A stretch of DNA of 64,000 bases from an uncultured Clostridia bacterium (GTDB taxonomy: Bacteria; Bacillota; Clostridia; UMGS1883). The notes beneath the pieces were generated by a model, which saw nothing but the letters and a program-made list of their open reading frames with translations, had not been told where the DNA came from and searched no databases. The position numbers and the translations under genes were made by a program. The DNA is taken from assembly GCA_947626145.1 (NCBI GenBank), contig CANQRB010000004.1:29250-93249 (forward strand), read 5' to 3'. Shown here in pieces: positions 1 through 9,041 of the stretch; the first letter of the stretch is position 1; each line of letters opens with the position of its first letter.

Positions 1-1929
1 GCCCGTGGTGTTAAGAAGGCCGAGGCCGCCTTTAATATAGAGAACCTTTCCGACCCCGAGAACATGAAGCTCAGCCACCACATCAATCAGGCCATCCGTG
101 CCCACGGCATCATGAAGCGGGACGTTGACTACGTTGTGAAGGACGGCGAAGTACTCATCGTTGACGAGTTCACCGGCCGTATCATGGTGGGACGGCGTTA
201 CAGCGACGGCCTCCATCAGGCCATTGAGGCCAAGGAGGGCGTGGAGGTCGCCCGTGAGAACAAGACCCTTGCCTCCATCACTTTCCAGAATTATTTCCGT
301 CTGTACGAAAAGCTCAGCGGCATGACCGGTACGGCCAAGACCGAGGAAGAGGAATTCCGTGGCATTTACGGCCTTGACGTTGTGGAAATTCCCACAAACA
401 AGCCCATCGCCCGCATAGACCAAAACGATCAGGTGTACAAAAACGTCACCGCCAAGTACAACGCCGTTGTCCGTGAGATCGAGGCGGCTCACTCTACTGG
501 CCAGCCTGTGCTGGTTGGCACCGTGTCCATTGACAAGTCTGAAATACTCAGCCGCATGCTGAAGGCCAAGGGCATAAAGCATCAGGTTCTGAACGCCAAG
601 CAGCACGAAAAAGAGGCTCAGATAATCGCTCAGGCCGGCAAGCTTGGGGCAGTTACCATTGCCACTAACATGGCGGGCCGCGGTACCGATATTTCTCTGG
701 GCGGCAACGCCGAGTATCTTGCCAAGAACGAGATGCTCCGCCGTGGCTATACCGACGAGATAATCGCCGAGGCCACAGGCTACGCCGAAACGGACAATCA
801 GGAAATACTTGACGCCCGCAAGGTCTATAACGATTTGTATAAGGAATATAGGGTGGAGGTCGAAAAGGAAGCCGAGCAGGTTCGGGCTCTCGGCGGCCTG
901 TATATCATAGGCACCGAGCGCCACGAGGCCCGGCGTATCGACAACCAGCTCCGGGGCCGAAGCGGCCGTCAGGGCGACCCGGGCAAGAGCACCTTCTTCA
1001 TCGGTCTGGACGACGACCTGATGAGGCTTTTCGGCGGCGAACGCATTGAAAAAATGGTCAGCTCCATGGGCCTGCCCGACGACGAGCCCATCGAGCAGAA
1101 GATACTCACCTCCGCCATTGAAAACGCCCAGAAAAAGGTGGAGGGCCGCAACTACAGCACCCGTAAATACGTGCTCCAATACGACGACGTTATGAACCAG
1201 CAGCGTGAGATAATCTACGGTCAGCGCCAGAAGGTGCTGGACGGCGAGGATCTGCGCGACACCATTCAGGGCATGATAGACGAGATAATCAAGTCCGCCG
1301 TGGACACCTACTGCAACGCCCCGTACCCGGACGACTGGGATCTCAACGGCTTCTACGACTATGTGGAAAAGCTCTTTGTGCCCCAGGGCGCCCTGCGCTA
1401 TACAAAGGATCAGTTCAACGACCTGACAAAGGAAAAGGTGCTTGAGGACCTTCACGACTTTGCCGACCGGCGGTACGCCGAACAGGAGGCCCTCTTCGGC
1501 CCCAATATGCGGGAGGTGGAGCGTGTCATCGTTCTCCGCGCCGTCGACACCCACTGGATGGATCACATAGATGAGATGGATCAGCTCAAGAACGGTATCA
1601 ATCTTCGGGCCTACGGCCAACACAATCCCGTGGACGAGTATAAGTTCCTTGGCTTCGATATGTTTGAGGAAATGGTGGCCGGCATCCGTGAGGACACCGT
1701 TAGATATGTAATGAACGTAAAGCCCAGAATACAGCAGATCCAGCGGGTACAGGTGGCCAAGCCCACCATGGCCGTCCACGGCGACGGCAGCCAGAGCGTT
1801 AAGCCCCGTCCTGCCCAGCGCAAGGCCGTCAAGGTGGGCCGCAACGACCCCTGTCCCTGCGGCAGCGGCAAAAAGTACAAGAATTGTTGTATGGCGAAGG
1901 ACGAGCAACAGGAGGCGGCAAATAAATGA
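1..1929 (+). CDS. secA: Preprotein translocase ATPase SecA, C-terminal part (5' end outside window)
   Basis: Frame 1 is open from base 1 ([16 protein letters not shown]...) into the 621-aa ORF. SecA motifs are seen: [49 protein letters not shown], and the C-terminal zinc motif [13 protein letters not shown]. Confidence 0.95.
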   Translation, partial: ARGVKKAEAAFNIENLSDPENMKLSHHINQAIRAHGIMKRDVDYVVKDGEVLIVDEFTGRIMVGRRYSDGLHQAIEAKEGVEVARENKTLASITFQNYFRLYEKLSGMTGTAKTEEEEFRGIYGLDVVEIPTNKPIARIDQNDQVYKNVTAKYNAVVREIEAAHSTGQPVLVGTVSIDKSEILSRMLKAKGIKHQVLNAKQHEKEAQIIAQAGKLGAVTIATNMAGRGTDISLGGNAEYLAKNEMLRRGYTDEIIAEATGYAETDNQEILDARKVYNDLYKEYRVEVEKEAEQVRALGGLYIIGTERHEARRIDNQLRGRSGRQGDPGKSTFFIGLDDDLMRLFGGERIEKMVSSMGLPDDEPIEQKILTSAIENAQKKVEGRNYSTRKYVLQYDDVMNQQREIIYGQRQKVLDGEDLRDTIQGMIDEIIKSAVDTYCNAPYPDDWDLNGFYDYVEKLFVPQGALRYTKDQFNDLTKEKVLEDLHDFADRRYAEQEALFGPNMREVERVIVLRAVDTHWMDHIDEMDQLKNGINLRAYGQHNPVDEYKFLGFDMFEEMVAGIREDTVRYVMNVKPRIQQIQRVQVAKPTMAVHGDGSQSVKPRPAQRKAVKVGRNDPCPCGSGKKYKNCCMAKDEQQEAANK

Positions 1930-3050
1930 TAGTTGAATACGAACAGTTCAAGCAGGAGCTTGCCGGTCAGGAGGGGCCGATAAAAGAGCTGGGTTCGGCC
2001 CTGAACATCGACGGCGCCCGTGAGGAGGCCGCCGCGCTGGAAAAAAAGACCCTCGAGCCCGATTTCTATTCCGATCCGGACAAGAGCCAGAAGGTGCTTC
2101 AAAAAATAAAGCAGCTTGGCGCGAAGATAAAGCGCTACGACGACATGGTTTCCCTCTGGGAGGACACCACAACCCTTCTGGAGCTGGCTATTGCCGAGGA
2201 GGACGCCAGCGTCATGGAGGAAATTTCCTCCGGCTGTCAGCGTCTTCGGGAGACCGTGGAGGCCACCCGTCTTGAAACCCTGCTCTCCGGCCCCTACGAC
2301 AGGAGCAACGCCATCATCACCCTTCACGCCGGAGCGGGCGGCACCGAGGCTCAGGACTGGTGCAGTATGCTTTACCGTATGTACCAGATGTGGGCCGAGC
2401 GCCGTGGCTATGCCGTGTCCACCCTTGACTTCCTTGACGGGGACGAGGCCGGAATAAAAAGCATAACCATTCTTGTGGAGGGGCTCAACGCCTACGGCTA
2501 CGCCAAGTGCGAGAAGGGCGTCCACCGTCTGGTGCGCATTTCTCCCTTCGACGCGGCGGGCCGCCGGCATACCTCCTTCGCCTCGGTCGAGGTCATGCCC
2601 GACATTGAGGACGACATAGAGATAAACATCAACCCCGACGACCTTAAGATAGACACCTACCGCTCCAGCGGAGCCGGCGGCCAGCACGTCAACAAGACCA
2701 GCTCCGCCATCCGCATAACCCACATTCCCACCGGCGTTGTGGTCGCCTGTCAGAACGAGCGCAGCCAGTTCCAGAACAAGGACACCGCCATGAAGATGCT
2801 TAAGGCCAAGCTCATGGAGATTGCCGAGGCCGAGCACAAAGAAAAAATCGAGGACATCAAGGGCGTGCAAAAGGAAATAGCCTGGGGCAGCCAGATACGC
2901 TCCTATGTTTTCCACCCCTACACCATGGTCAAGGATCACCGCACCGGCTACGAGGTGGGCAACATAAGCGCCGTCATGGACGGAGATCTGGACGGCTTCA
3001 TCAACGAGTACCTGCGCAAGGCCAGTCTGGGCCAGCTGGAGCTGAAATAA
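1926..3050 (+). CDS. prfB: Peptide chain release factor 2
   Basis: 374-aa ORF with the RF2-specific SPF motif ([20 protein letters not shown]) and the GGQ motif ([11 protein letters not shown]). The ATG overlaps the secA stop (ATGA). The reading frame is uninterrupted. Confidence 0.93.
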   Translation: MIVEYEQFKQELAGQEGPIKELGSALNIDGAREEAAALEKKTLEPDFYSDPDKSQKVLQKIKQLGAKIKRYDDMVSLWEDTTTLLELAIAEEDASVMEEISSGCQRLRETVEATRLETLLSGPYDRSNAIITLHAGAGGTEAQDWCSMLYRMYQMWAERRGYAVSTLDFLDGDEAGIKSITILVEGLNAYGYAKCEKGVHRLVRISPFDAAGRRHTSFASVEVMPDIEDDIEININPDDLKIDTYRSSGAGGQHVNKTSSAIRITHIPTGVVVACQNERSQFQNKDTAMKMLKAKLMEIAEAEHKEKIEDIKGVQKEIAWGSQIRSYVFHPYTMVKDHRTGYEVGNISAVMDGDLDGFINEYLRKASLGQLELK

Positions 3051-3069
3051 AACCTTTGCCGACTGTTTT

Positions 3070-3609
3070 ATGAGTGAACTTAAGCGAAAAATCAAAGCAT
3101 GGCTTGACGACTTCCAATTCCGCCACAATTTCAATCTGGCATGGTTCATACGCTACGCCCTCGGCGGCACCGCCACGGTGATTTTGGAGTACACGGTAAT
3201 GTACCTGCTGCTGTGGTGGACCCTGCCATGGGACGTGATAGTGGCCCTCCTGCCGGAAAGGCTGCAGGCCGCCGCCGCAGGCGAGCTCAGCACCTGGGCG
3301 CTGGTTGTCAGCAACGTCATGAGCTATGTTTTCAACTATTTTGTCTCAAAATACTGGGTGTTCCGCAGCCCCGACACCAAACACAGCCGTGACGCGGCGC
3401 TGTTTTTCCTGTCCTGCGTGGTGAATTTGATCCTCGTTTCGGTCACCGGCAGGCTCGCCCTTGCGGGGCTGGAGCTTCTGCCCCTCGCCGGAAAGACGTG
3501 GGAGATGCTGAAGCCCGCCGTGGCCAAGACCGTGTCCAACATAGTAGCCTATATCTCGGTGCTGCTGTTCAAGCGGTTCATAATCTGGAACGATACCAGC
3601 AAATATTGA
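3070..3609 (+). CDS. GtrA-family small membrane protein
   Basis: 179 aa with four hydrophobic segments and a GtrA-like signature (FNYFVSKYWVF and a C-terminal FKRFIIW). Confidence 0.65.
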   Translation: MSELKRKIKAWLDDFQFRHNFNLAWFIRYALGGTATVILEYTVMYLLLWWTLPWDVIVALLPERLQAAAAGELSTWALVVSNVMSYVFNYFVSKYWVFRSPDTKHSRDAALFFLSCVVNLILVSVTGRLALAGLELLPLAGKTWEMLKPAVAKTVSNIVAYISVLLFKRFIIWNDTSKY

Positions 3610-3613
3610 TATT

Positions 3614-4198
3614 ATGTTAATAGACGAAGCCGCGAATTTGATAATGGAAAAGGCCGCCTCTCTCCGGCGCGGGGAGGGGCCGCTTGTTATTGCTCTGGAC
3701 GGCCGCTGCGCCTCGGGCAAGACCACGCTGGCCGGTAGGCTCGGGGAGCTGATGGGCTGCGCGGTTTTTCACATGGACGACTATTTCCCCCGGCCCGAAC
3801 AGCGGACGGAGCGCCGCCTTTCGGCCCCCGGCGGCAACGTGGATCACGAGCGCTTCCTGTCGGAGGTGCTTATTCCCCTGCGCTCTGGAGCGGAGGAGAT
3901 ATGCTTTCGTCCCTTTGACTGCCATAAAATGGAGCTGGCCCCGCCCGTTAAGGCGCGGGTCACGCCCACCGTGGTGGTGGAGGGCTCATATAGCTGTCAT
4001 CCGGCCCTGTGGGATTGCTATGACTTGCGGGTGTTCCTCACGGTAACTCCGGAGGAACAGCTCCGGCGCATAGCCCTGCGCAACGGCCCCGACGGGCTGA
4101 AAAGCTTCCGTGAGCGGTGGATACCCATGGAGGAGCGGTATTTTTCCGCCTTTCGGATAATGGAGCGATGTGATATTGTGGTCGGAGATCGGGAGTAA
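3614..4198 (+). CDS. P-loop nucleoside/nucleotide kinase (uridine-kinase-like)
   Basis: 194 aa with a Walker A motif ALDGRCASGKTTLA. Size and layout resemble the uridine kinase/AAA kinase family. The specific substrate was not determined. Confidence 0.55.
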   Translation: MLIDEAANLIMEKAASLRRGEGPLVIALDGRCASGKTTLAGRLGELMGCAVFHMDDYFPRPEQRTERRLSAPGGNVDHERFLSEVLIPLRSGAEEICFRPFDCHKMELAPPVKARVTPTVVVEGSYSCHPALWDCYDLRVFLTVTPEEQLRRIALRNGPDGLKSFRERWIPMEERYFSAFRIMERCDIVVGDRE

Positions 4199-4231
4199 TA
4201 GAAAATCGGCAGTAATAACTTTTCACACGAC

Positions 4232-4259
4232 AAAAACGGAACCTTTCGGTTCCGTTTTT
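4232..4259. terminator. Bidirectional intrinsic terminator after the kinase gene
   Basis: aaaaACGGAACC-tttc-GGTTCCGTtttt: a perfect 8-9 bp stem with a 4-nt loop, flanked by an A-run and a T-run. Confidence 0.8.
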
Positions 4260-4532
4260 GTTTGGCTCGGGCCGCCCTGTGGTCGAGGCAGGGCGGCCTT
4301 GTGCCTGTAATTTAAGGAAGAATTATAACCACGCTTTCTTTCAGCTCGGTTTTCCGGGCGGCAGCTTCCTCGCGCGCGCCGCCTTTTTTCTGTCCGGCTC
4401 CGCTGCAGACGGGCGGATCAGGGATGGCCTCGCCTTTGGAAAGCGGCGGTTAACTTGGGTCGGGGTGGCCGGTCTGTTGCGGCCACGGTGTGAGTGGAAT
4501 CAGTTTGCAAAAATCTGTTAACACAAAATAGT

Positions 4533-4706
4533 TTATTGTTTCTGCTTCCAAACCTTATAATCGTCAACAACAGATTTTGTATCTGTGATAACTTTTGCCC
4601 CGGTTATGCCTAAACTGGTCGCTTGGAACAGAACCCCGTCCATAACGGCCTTATCGGGAGACAGGTCTTTAATATCTATTGCGGGATTTTCAAATGCTTT
4701 TCTCAT
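4533..4706 (-). CDS. Small hypothetical protein (57 aa), not in the ORF track
   Basis: Hand translation gives MRKAFENPAIDIKDLSPDKAVMDGVLFQATSLGITGAKVITDTKSVVDDYKVWKQKQ*. GGAGG lies 9 nt upstream of the ATG, and the ORF starts 14 nt after the stop of the 1034-aa gene. No family was recognised. Confidence 0.4.
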   Translation of the reverse strand: MRKAFENPAIDIKDLSPDKAVMDGVLFQATSLGITGAKVITDTKSVVDDYKVWKQKQ

Positions 4707-4720
4707 TTTAATCTACCTCC

Positions 4721-7700
4721 TTACAGCTCGGGAATGAAGTCGACTTCCGCACCAGCGGAATCAGCTTCGGTCTCGGCGATTTCGGTACTTACAAACTCAA
4801 TCTCAACACTGTCTAGGCTGAAGATCATAGCACCATCAACGCCTTCACAAGTAACATCATTGCCATTGATAGTTATCTTATAGAACAAGCCCTCAGTTTG
4901 AGTTGCTGTTTTATCTGTGCCGTTTACATCAACAATGGTAGATACCTTGAAGCCTATACCATTATCGTAAAGGGCTTTATCCAGTTCTATCGTTGTTCCT
5001 GCTTCACTGCTTGTAACTTTAATGAATTCTTTACGAACATCGTTAATAGCGTTCTTGTCATCAAGAACAACACCGCCGGTGCTGAGAATAGCAATGGCCT
5101 GTTCAAGCTTTTTTGCATCAAATTTTTCACGATTCAAAGTATCTTTGTAGTCGCTAAGGTTGGTTTTGATATCGTTAGCAAGCAACTCATAAAGAGATGC
5201 TTCAGCTTGAGCGATGAGATAACCGCTATTTGTGTCAACAAGCCTTGCCATATAGTAAATATTGCTTCCATTGTCTTTTTTCGGAATAACAAGTACAGAC
5301 GGAGCCCCGTTACTGAGGACAGAAGTGTCTATAGTCGTATTGTCTACTCCTTTACCGCCTTTTTCATTTGTTGTTTCGTGAAGATCAATAGCTGTAACCT
5401 TTAGCGTCTGTCCATCATAAGCACCATCGGCAGTAAAAGTTATGCCCAAAGTATCCGCACTGTCTCCATCAGCAGCAAAGCCAAGTCCAGCGGTGAGTGT
5501 AGCCGTCGCAGGAACGTCCACGCCACCTGCATATACGGCAAACTTGCTGATCTCAAGGTCTCCTTCACTTGAGGGATTGTTTCCAAAGAAGGAAACACCG
5601 TCAATTCCTCCATTGTTACGGAATGGTATGCCCATCAACATTTTACCTTCACCGGATGATTCATTCCGCACGGAAAGATTATATGTGTTATTTGTAACAT
5701 CAACATCTACGATAAAAGCATATGACTGATTAAGCTCCATTGTCATAAATTCTTTCTTGGCGGCGTTGTCTCTGTAGTAAATTTTGTCGCCACCGATAGG
5801 CAAATGAATACGAAGATTTGTGCCATACGCATCTGTCCCTTTTGCGTCGTACTTAAAAAATCCGATAGCGTTGTCGCCGTTTTGTTTGGCAACAAGAGTA
5901 AATGCGACGGTAAATTTGTCTGATATTTCTTTAGGGAAACGATACATTTCACTAAATGTCCTACCCTGATTGTTGATTACTGAGTTAGAACCAACGGTCA
6001 TGCCGGCTGTAGGATCAAATGTCTTTTCATGAGTCACAACATTTGCCGTCAAGGTAAGGCCTGTATCGGCGATAGTGCCGGTAGTATCCTCCCATGTTAC
6101 GGGCAATTCCTCGGCTGTCACTGCATCACTGTCAACAGTGGTCTTAATTGCGGTGGGAAGAACATAGTTATATCCTTCGAGAGTATTAATGTCAATGCTG
6201 TCGGGGCCGGTGATGGTGGCAGTTAACTCGGCCTCAACCTCAATTTCCTTAGTAGTGGTTGCGATAATAGTATCCTGATCAGACGCCTTATTGGTATAAT
6301 ATTTATCTGCTATGCGACGATTAGTAATAATCTTGCCATCACTGGCGGCACGGCCTTGATCAACGACCTGGTTTTCTGCAACTTTTACCGTTTCGCCTAC
6401 CTTGCCGGTCTGTTTCTCGATAGTGGCTACAGTTTGACCCTTGTATTTGGCATTTATGACGTAATCCACATCGTCGTTTTCAAGATTGCTAAGTTTGGTT
6501 ATTTTGAAGTTGTCGATGATGGGCTGAGTATCGTTACCGACCCAAGCGGTCTTAAAGCCCAGTTTTGTCTGCTTGGAACCGGTCCATACAATAAACTGCT
6601 TCGTCTCAAATTGATTGAGAGTGTGCAGGGTCATCTGCTGAAGCTTTTGGCTGGTATTGTCATTTTTGTCGGCATACCAATCAGCGCAGGGGTCGTCGGC
6701 CTCGCCGGTGCCATTGGCATCGGTTACGTAAAGCCACATATACTGATCCTTTGCCTGCTTGGTTGGCATGACGTCAAAGCTCACGAGATAACGGGTATTG
6801 GGGTCAACATTCCAAGTGCCGCCGAAAACAGTTCCGGCCGCACCGGCAACGCCCTTGAGCCAAAGAGCCTGGCTTCCTTCGGTCTTTTGGTTCTCACCCT
6901 TGACTATCTCATATTCTTCATTGGGTATATTAGTCCAACCATTAATACCATTTTCAAAGCCGTCGTTGGTGCCGGTAACAGTTCCCTCGACATTTTTTAC
7001 ATGTTTGGCGGTAATGTCGTAGTTGTTATTACCTTCACTCAAAGTGATCTCTTTGATTTCGGGGAGAGCAAGTTCATAAAGCTTTTCATTTTTAACAAGG
7101 TACTTGTTGCAACTGTTGAGAGAAAACTTATCTCCGGCAAAGTATTCCTTTTTATTTCCGTTTGGATTAGACTCCTCCAAAACATTTCCGCCGTCCATTA
7201 TGCGAACATTGACAGCAGCGTCGGGAGACAAAACCTTAACATCAGCAAGGTAAGCATCCTTAAGAGAAGCTACACCCCCAGTGGCATCTCCGCCGTGGAT
7301 ATTGGAGAGCAGAAAAGCGACCTTACCACCAACTATCTTATCGGCAGGAATACGGAGCTGAGACGTCACCTCAGTCCATGAATTAGATACATTTGATGTA
7401 CTCAGTGTTCCGACAAGAACTCTGCCCTCAACAGCAGTATCGAGCAGAGCGTTGTTCTCAGCTTCAACAGCTGCAGGGTCAACAGCAAAAATGGCAGCTT
7501 TAGATATACGGTCGTTAGCACCATTGTTAGACCATGCCTGAACCTTAAAGGTAGCCCGAAGAATTTGACCGGCAGCAACATTAGTGTCTTCTGGCAGTGT
7601 GAATTCAGCAAAACCCGCACGGTTATTTGAGAAAGACACTATGGCAGACTGAGCGTCTTGAACTTTGTATTCGTCAAATGTTTGCGGACGCTTAGCATCG

Positions 7701-7825
7701 GAATTAAAATTCCAACCATAAAGCTTATCTGCGGCGATATCTCCATCAGCCGCAAAAGCTACGGGCACTACTGTCAATACCATGGCCAAAACCACAGCCA
7801 ATGACAGAACTTTTTTGATTCTCAT
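4721..7825 (-). CDS. Large secreted protein of unknown function (1034 aa) with an Ig-like/carbohydrate-binding-like flavour
   Basis: AGGAGG RBS and a signal peptide MRIKKVLSLAVVLAMVLTVVPVAFAADG. The sequence is AT-rich relative to the core. An internal segment (LPTAIKTTVDSDAVTAEELPVTWED) resembles bacterial Ig-like repeats. No LPXTG or SLH anchor was seen. Confidence 0.8.
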   Translation of the reverse strand: MRIKKVLSLAVVLAMVLTVVPVAFAADGDIAADKLYGWNFNSDAKRPQTFDEYKVQDAQSAIVSFSNNRAGFAEFTLPEDTNVAAGQILRATFKVQAWSNNGANDRISKAAIFAVDPAAVEAENNALLDTAVEGRVLVGTLSTSNVSNSWTEVTSQLRIPADKIVGGKVAFLLSNIHGGDATGGVASLKDAYLADVKVLSPDAAVNVRIMDGGNVLEESNPNGNKKEYFAGDKFSLNSCNKYLVKNEKLYELALPEIKEITLSEGNNNYDITAKHVKNVEGTVTGTNDGFENGINGWTNIPNEEYEIVKGENQKTEGSQALWLKGVAGAAGTVFGGTWNVDPNTRYLVSFDVMPTKQAKDQYMWLYVTDANGTGEADDPCADWYADKNDNTSQKLQQMTLHTLNQFETKQFIVWTGSKQTKLGFKTAWVGNDTQPIIDNFKITKLSNLENDDVDYVINAKYKGQTVATIEKQTGKVGETVKVAENQVVDQGRAASDGKIITNRRIADKYYTNKASDQDTIIATTTKEIEVEAELTATITGPDSIDINTLEGYNYVLPTAIKTTVDSDAVTAEELPVTWEDTTGTIADTGLTLTANVVTHEKTFDPTAGMTVGSNSVINNQGRTFSEMYRFPKEISDKFTVAFTLVAKQNGDNAIGFFKYDAKGTDAYGTNLRIHLPIGGDKIYYRDNAAKKEFMTMELNQSYAFIVDVDVTNNTYNLSVRNESSGEGKMLMGIPFRNNGGIDGVSFFGNNPSSEGDLEISKFAVYAGGVDVPATATLTAGLGFAADGDSADTLGITFTADGAYDGQTLKVTAIDLHETTNEKGGKGVDNTTIDTSVLSNGAPSVLVIPKKDNGSNIYYMARLVDTNSGYLIAQAEASLYELLANDIKTNLSDYKDTLNREKFDAKKLEQAIAILSTGGVVLDDKNAINDVRKEFIKVTSSEAGTTIELDKALYDNGIGFKVSTIVDVNGTDKTATQTEGLFYKITINGNDVTCEGVDGAMIFSLDSVEIEFVSTEIAETEADSAGAEVDFIPEL

Positions 7826-7878
7826 TTTTGTTACCTCCTTAAAATTTTGCTAAAAAATAAATCCTCGATTTCATGCGC

Positions 7879-7909
7879 ACTTCCTATAAGAAATGCTATC
7901 GGAAGTAAA
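7879..7909. repeat. Left copy of a 31-bp inverted repeat (itself a hairpin)
   Basis: acttccTata-agaaatgc-tatcggaagt-aaa. Its reverse complement matches 8184-8214 at 30 of 31 positions, including the 8-nt loop. Confidence 0.9.
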
Positions 7910-8022
7910 TTTATGCCGTTTTACGGCAATATTTACAACATAAAAATGAAAATTAGAAATTATTTGTTGAAATTGCACAATTACTCACAACAATTTTGTA
8001 CATTATGGATAAGGGAAAGATA

Positions 8023-8052
8023 TTGACTTTTTTATGGCAAAAGTAGTATAAT
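8023..8052 (+). promoter_or_regulatory. Near-consensus sigma-70-type promoter pointing away from the 1034-aa gene
   Basis: TTGACT (8023-8028), an 18-nt spacer, then TATAAT (8047-8052). It lies inside the segment bracketed by the inverted repeats. Confidence 0.7.
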
Positions 8053-8183
8053 TAGATTATAAAATTTCATGTGCCGATCATAGGAAAGCCTCGGAAAAAG
8101 GCCGTGTTAAGCCGGATTTGCCCGGTTGACGGCGCAGAGGTCGACTGCAAAGCCAGCCTTGGAGCGATGAATGGCCGCTCGGT

Positions 8184-8214
8184 TTTACTTCCGATAGCAT
8201 TTCTTATCGGAAGT
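8184..8214. repeat. Right copy of the 31-bp inverted repeat (perfect 10-bp-stem hairpin)
   Basis: ttt-acttccgata-gcatttct-tatcggaagt. The loop is the exact reverse complement of the left-copy loop. Confidence 0.9.
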
Positions 8215-8229
8215 TCGATGAAATCATAC

Positions 8230-8283
8230 AAAAAAGCACCTGTGACAAGCTCTTTATCGTGAGCTTGCCGCAGGTGTTTTTTT
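8230..8283. terminator. Strong bidirectional intrinsic terminator
   Basis: CACCTGTGACAAGCTC-tttatcgt-GAGCTTGCCGCAGGTG pairs at 14 of 16 positions. An A6 run precedes it and a T7 run follows. Confidence 0.85.
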
Positions 8284-8317
8284 AATGTGATGCCGTTATT
8301 TTCGATATAACGCAAAA

Positions 8318-8343
8318 AGCAGCCGATTTCGGCCGCTTTTTTT
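8318..8343. terminator. Second intrinsic terminator between the switch region and the ECF sigma gene
   Basis: aaaaAGCAGCC-gatttc-GGCCGCTttttttt, with one stem mismatch. Confidence 0.55.
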
Positions 8344-8425
8344 ATTATACGCCTACGTCGCAATCCGTTCTTTGGTATCATAGTTGTATAGGCTTGTATT
8401 TCGCATAAAAAATTTAAAATTTTCC

Positions 8426-8453
8426 TGCAACTTTTCGATCCTTTGCAACGAAT
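8426..8453 (+). promoter_or_regulatory. Candidate ECF-type (autoregulatory) promoter
   Basis: TGCAAC (8426-8431), a 17-nt spacer, then CGAAT (8449-8453), about 20 nt upstream of the sigma-factor start. The AAC ... CG pattern is typical of ECF promoters. Confidence 0.3.
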
Positions 8454-8471
8454 ATATTAAGTGGAAGGAGG

Positions 8472-9041
8472 TTGAGCGGATTGGCGGCGGAGCACGAGGA
8501 ACTTAAATGGATAAGGAAAATCAAGCTGTTCGGTTCAAAAAAAGACGCCGACAGTCTGGTTCGGTCTTATTACGATGAGATTTACAGATATGTATCCCGA
8601 CAGCTTCCCGACAGCGGGGACGCCTGGGATCTTACTCAGGAAATCTTTATATCCATGCTGCGCTCCATAAAGTCGTACAAAAAAGAACGGTCGTCCTTCC
8701 GCACATGGCTGTACCGCATCGCCACAAACAAAATTATAGACTGCCGCCGGAAAAAGGTTCCGACGACTGCCGCGCCCGACGAAGTCAATACAGCCGACGA
8801 TGCCGATTTTATAAGTCAAATCGCCCAGGCCGAGCTGCTGAAAAAAATCGAGGGCTATGTCAACCGCTTTTCGCCCGCCGTGCAGCAGATATACAGACTG
8901 CACATTTACGGGGATTTTACCTTCGCAAGCATCGCTTCAGCCCTGGACATCCCTGAGGCCACCGTAAAATCCCACTATTACAGATTGCAGAAAAAAATAA
9001 GAGAGGAGTTTGGCGATGAGTACAGAGACGTTGTCGAATGA
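8472..9041 (+). CDS. ECF-family RNA polymerase sigma factor
   Basis: Region 2 (DAWDLTQEIFISMLRSIKSYK...FRTWLYRIATNKIIDCRRKK) and region 4 HTH (FASIASALDIPEATVKSHYYRLQKKIRE). The start is TTG 8472, or more likely TTG 8481, which lies 9 nt after GGAGG. Confidence 0.9.
   Translation: MSGLAAEHEELKWIRKIKLFGSKKDADSLVRSYYDEIYRYVSRQLPDSGDAWDLTQEIFISMLRSIKSYKKERSSFRTWLYRIATNKIIDCRRKKVPTTAAPDEVNTADDADFISQIAQAELLKKIEGYVNRFSPAVQQIYRLHIYGDFTFASIASALDIPEATVKSHYYRLQKKIREEFGDEYRDVVE

Larger units (their letters stand above)
8059..8283 (+). ncRNA. Candidate ~225-nt structured transcript (ncRNA or leader) from the 8023 promoter to the 8237 terminator
   Basis: A GC-rich block (8071-8183) sits in an AT-rich intergenic region. 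It contains local stems (e.g. aGCCGG-atttgc-CCGGTt) and a possible 7-bp closing helix (8064-8070 with 8218-8224). It ends in a strong terminator. No known RNA family was recognised. Confidence 0.3.

Noticed and set aside
1926-2010. I looked for the programmed +1 frameshift site (in-frame TGA near codon 26, CTT TGA C context) that is typical of prfB.
   Set aside because: The ORF reads through the homologous N-terminal region without a stop and starts at an ATG overlapping the secA stop. It is a non-frameshifting RF2 gene, which is known in a minority of bacteria and is not anomalous.
1611-3149. 512-aa ORF on the minus strand.
   Set aside because: It lies antisense to the unmistakable secA and prfB genes. 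It is a low-complexity Gly/Ala/Val/Leu-rich translation typical of shadow ORFs in GC-rich DNA.
4258-4521. 87-aa plus-strand ORF in a GC-rich patch after the kinase terminator.
   Set aside because: It starts inside or after a terminator and has no RBS. The patch contains a perfect 10-bp-stem hairpin (GGCCGCCCTG...CAGGGCGGCC, about 4270-4298) and looks like non-coding or remnant DNA. I could not assign it.
8067-8381. 104-aa minus-strand ORF and 63-aa plus-strand ORF (8071-8262) in the switch region.
   Set aside because: They have no RBS, span terminator hairpins and the inverted repeat, and show no family resemblance. The region is better explained as regulatory or RNA sequence.
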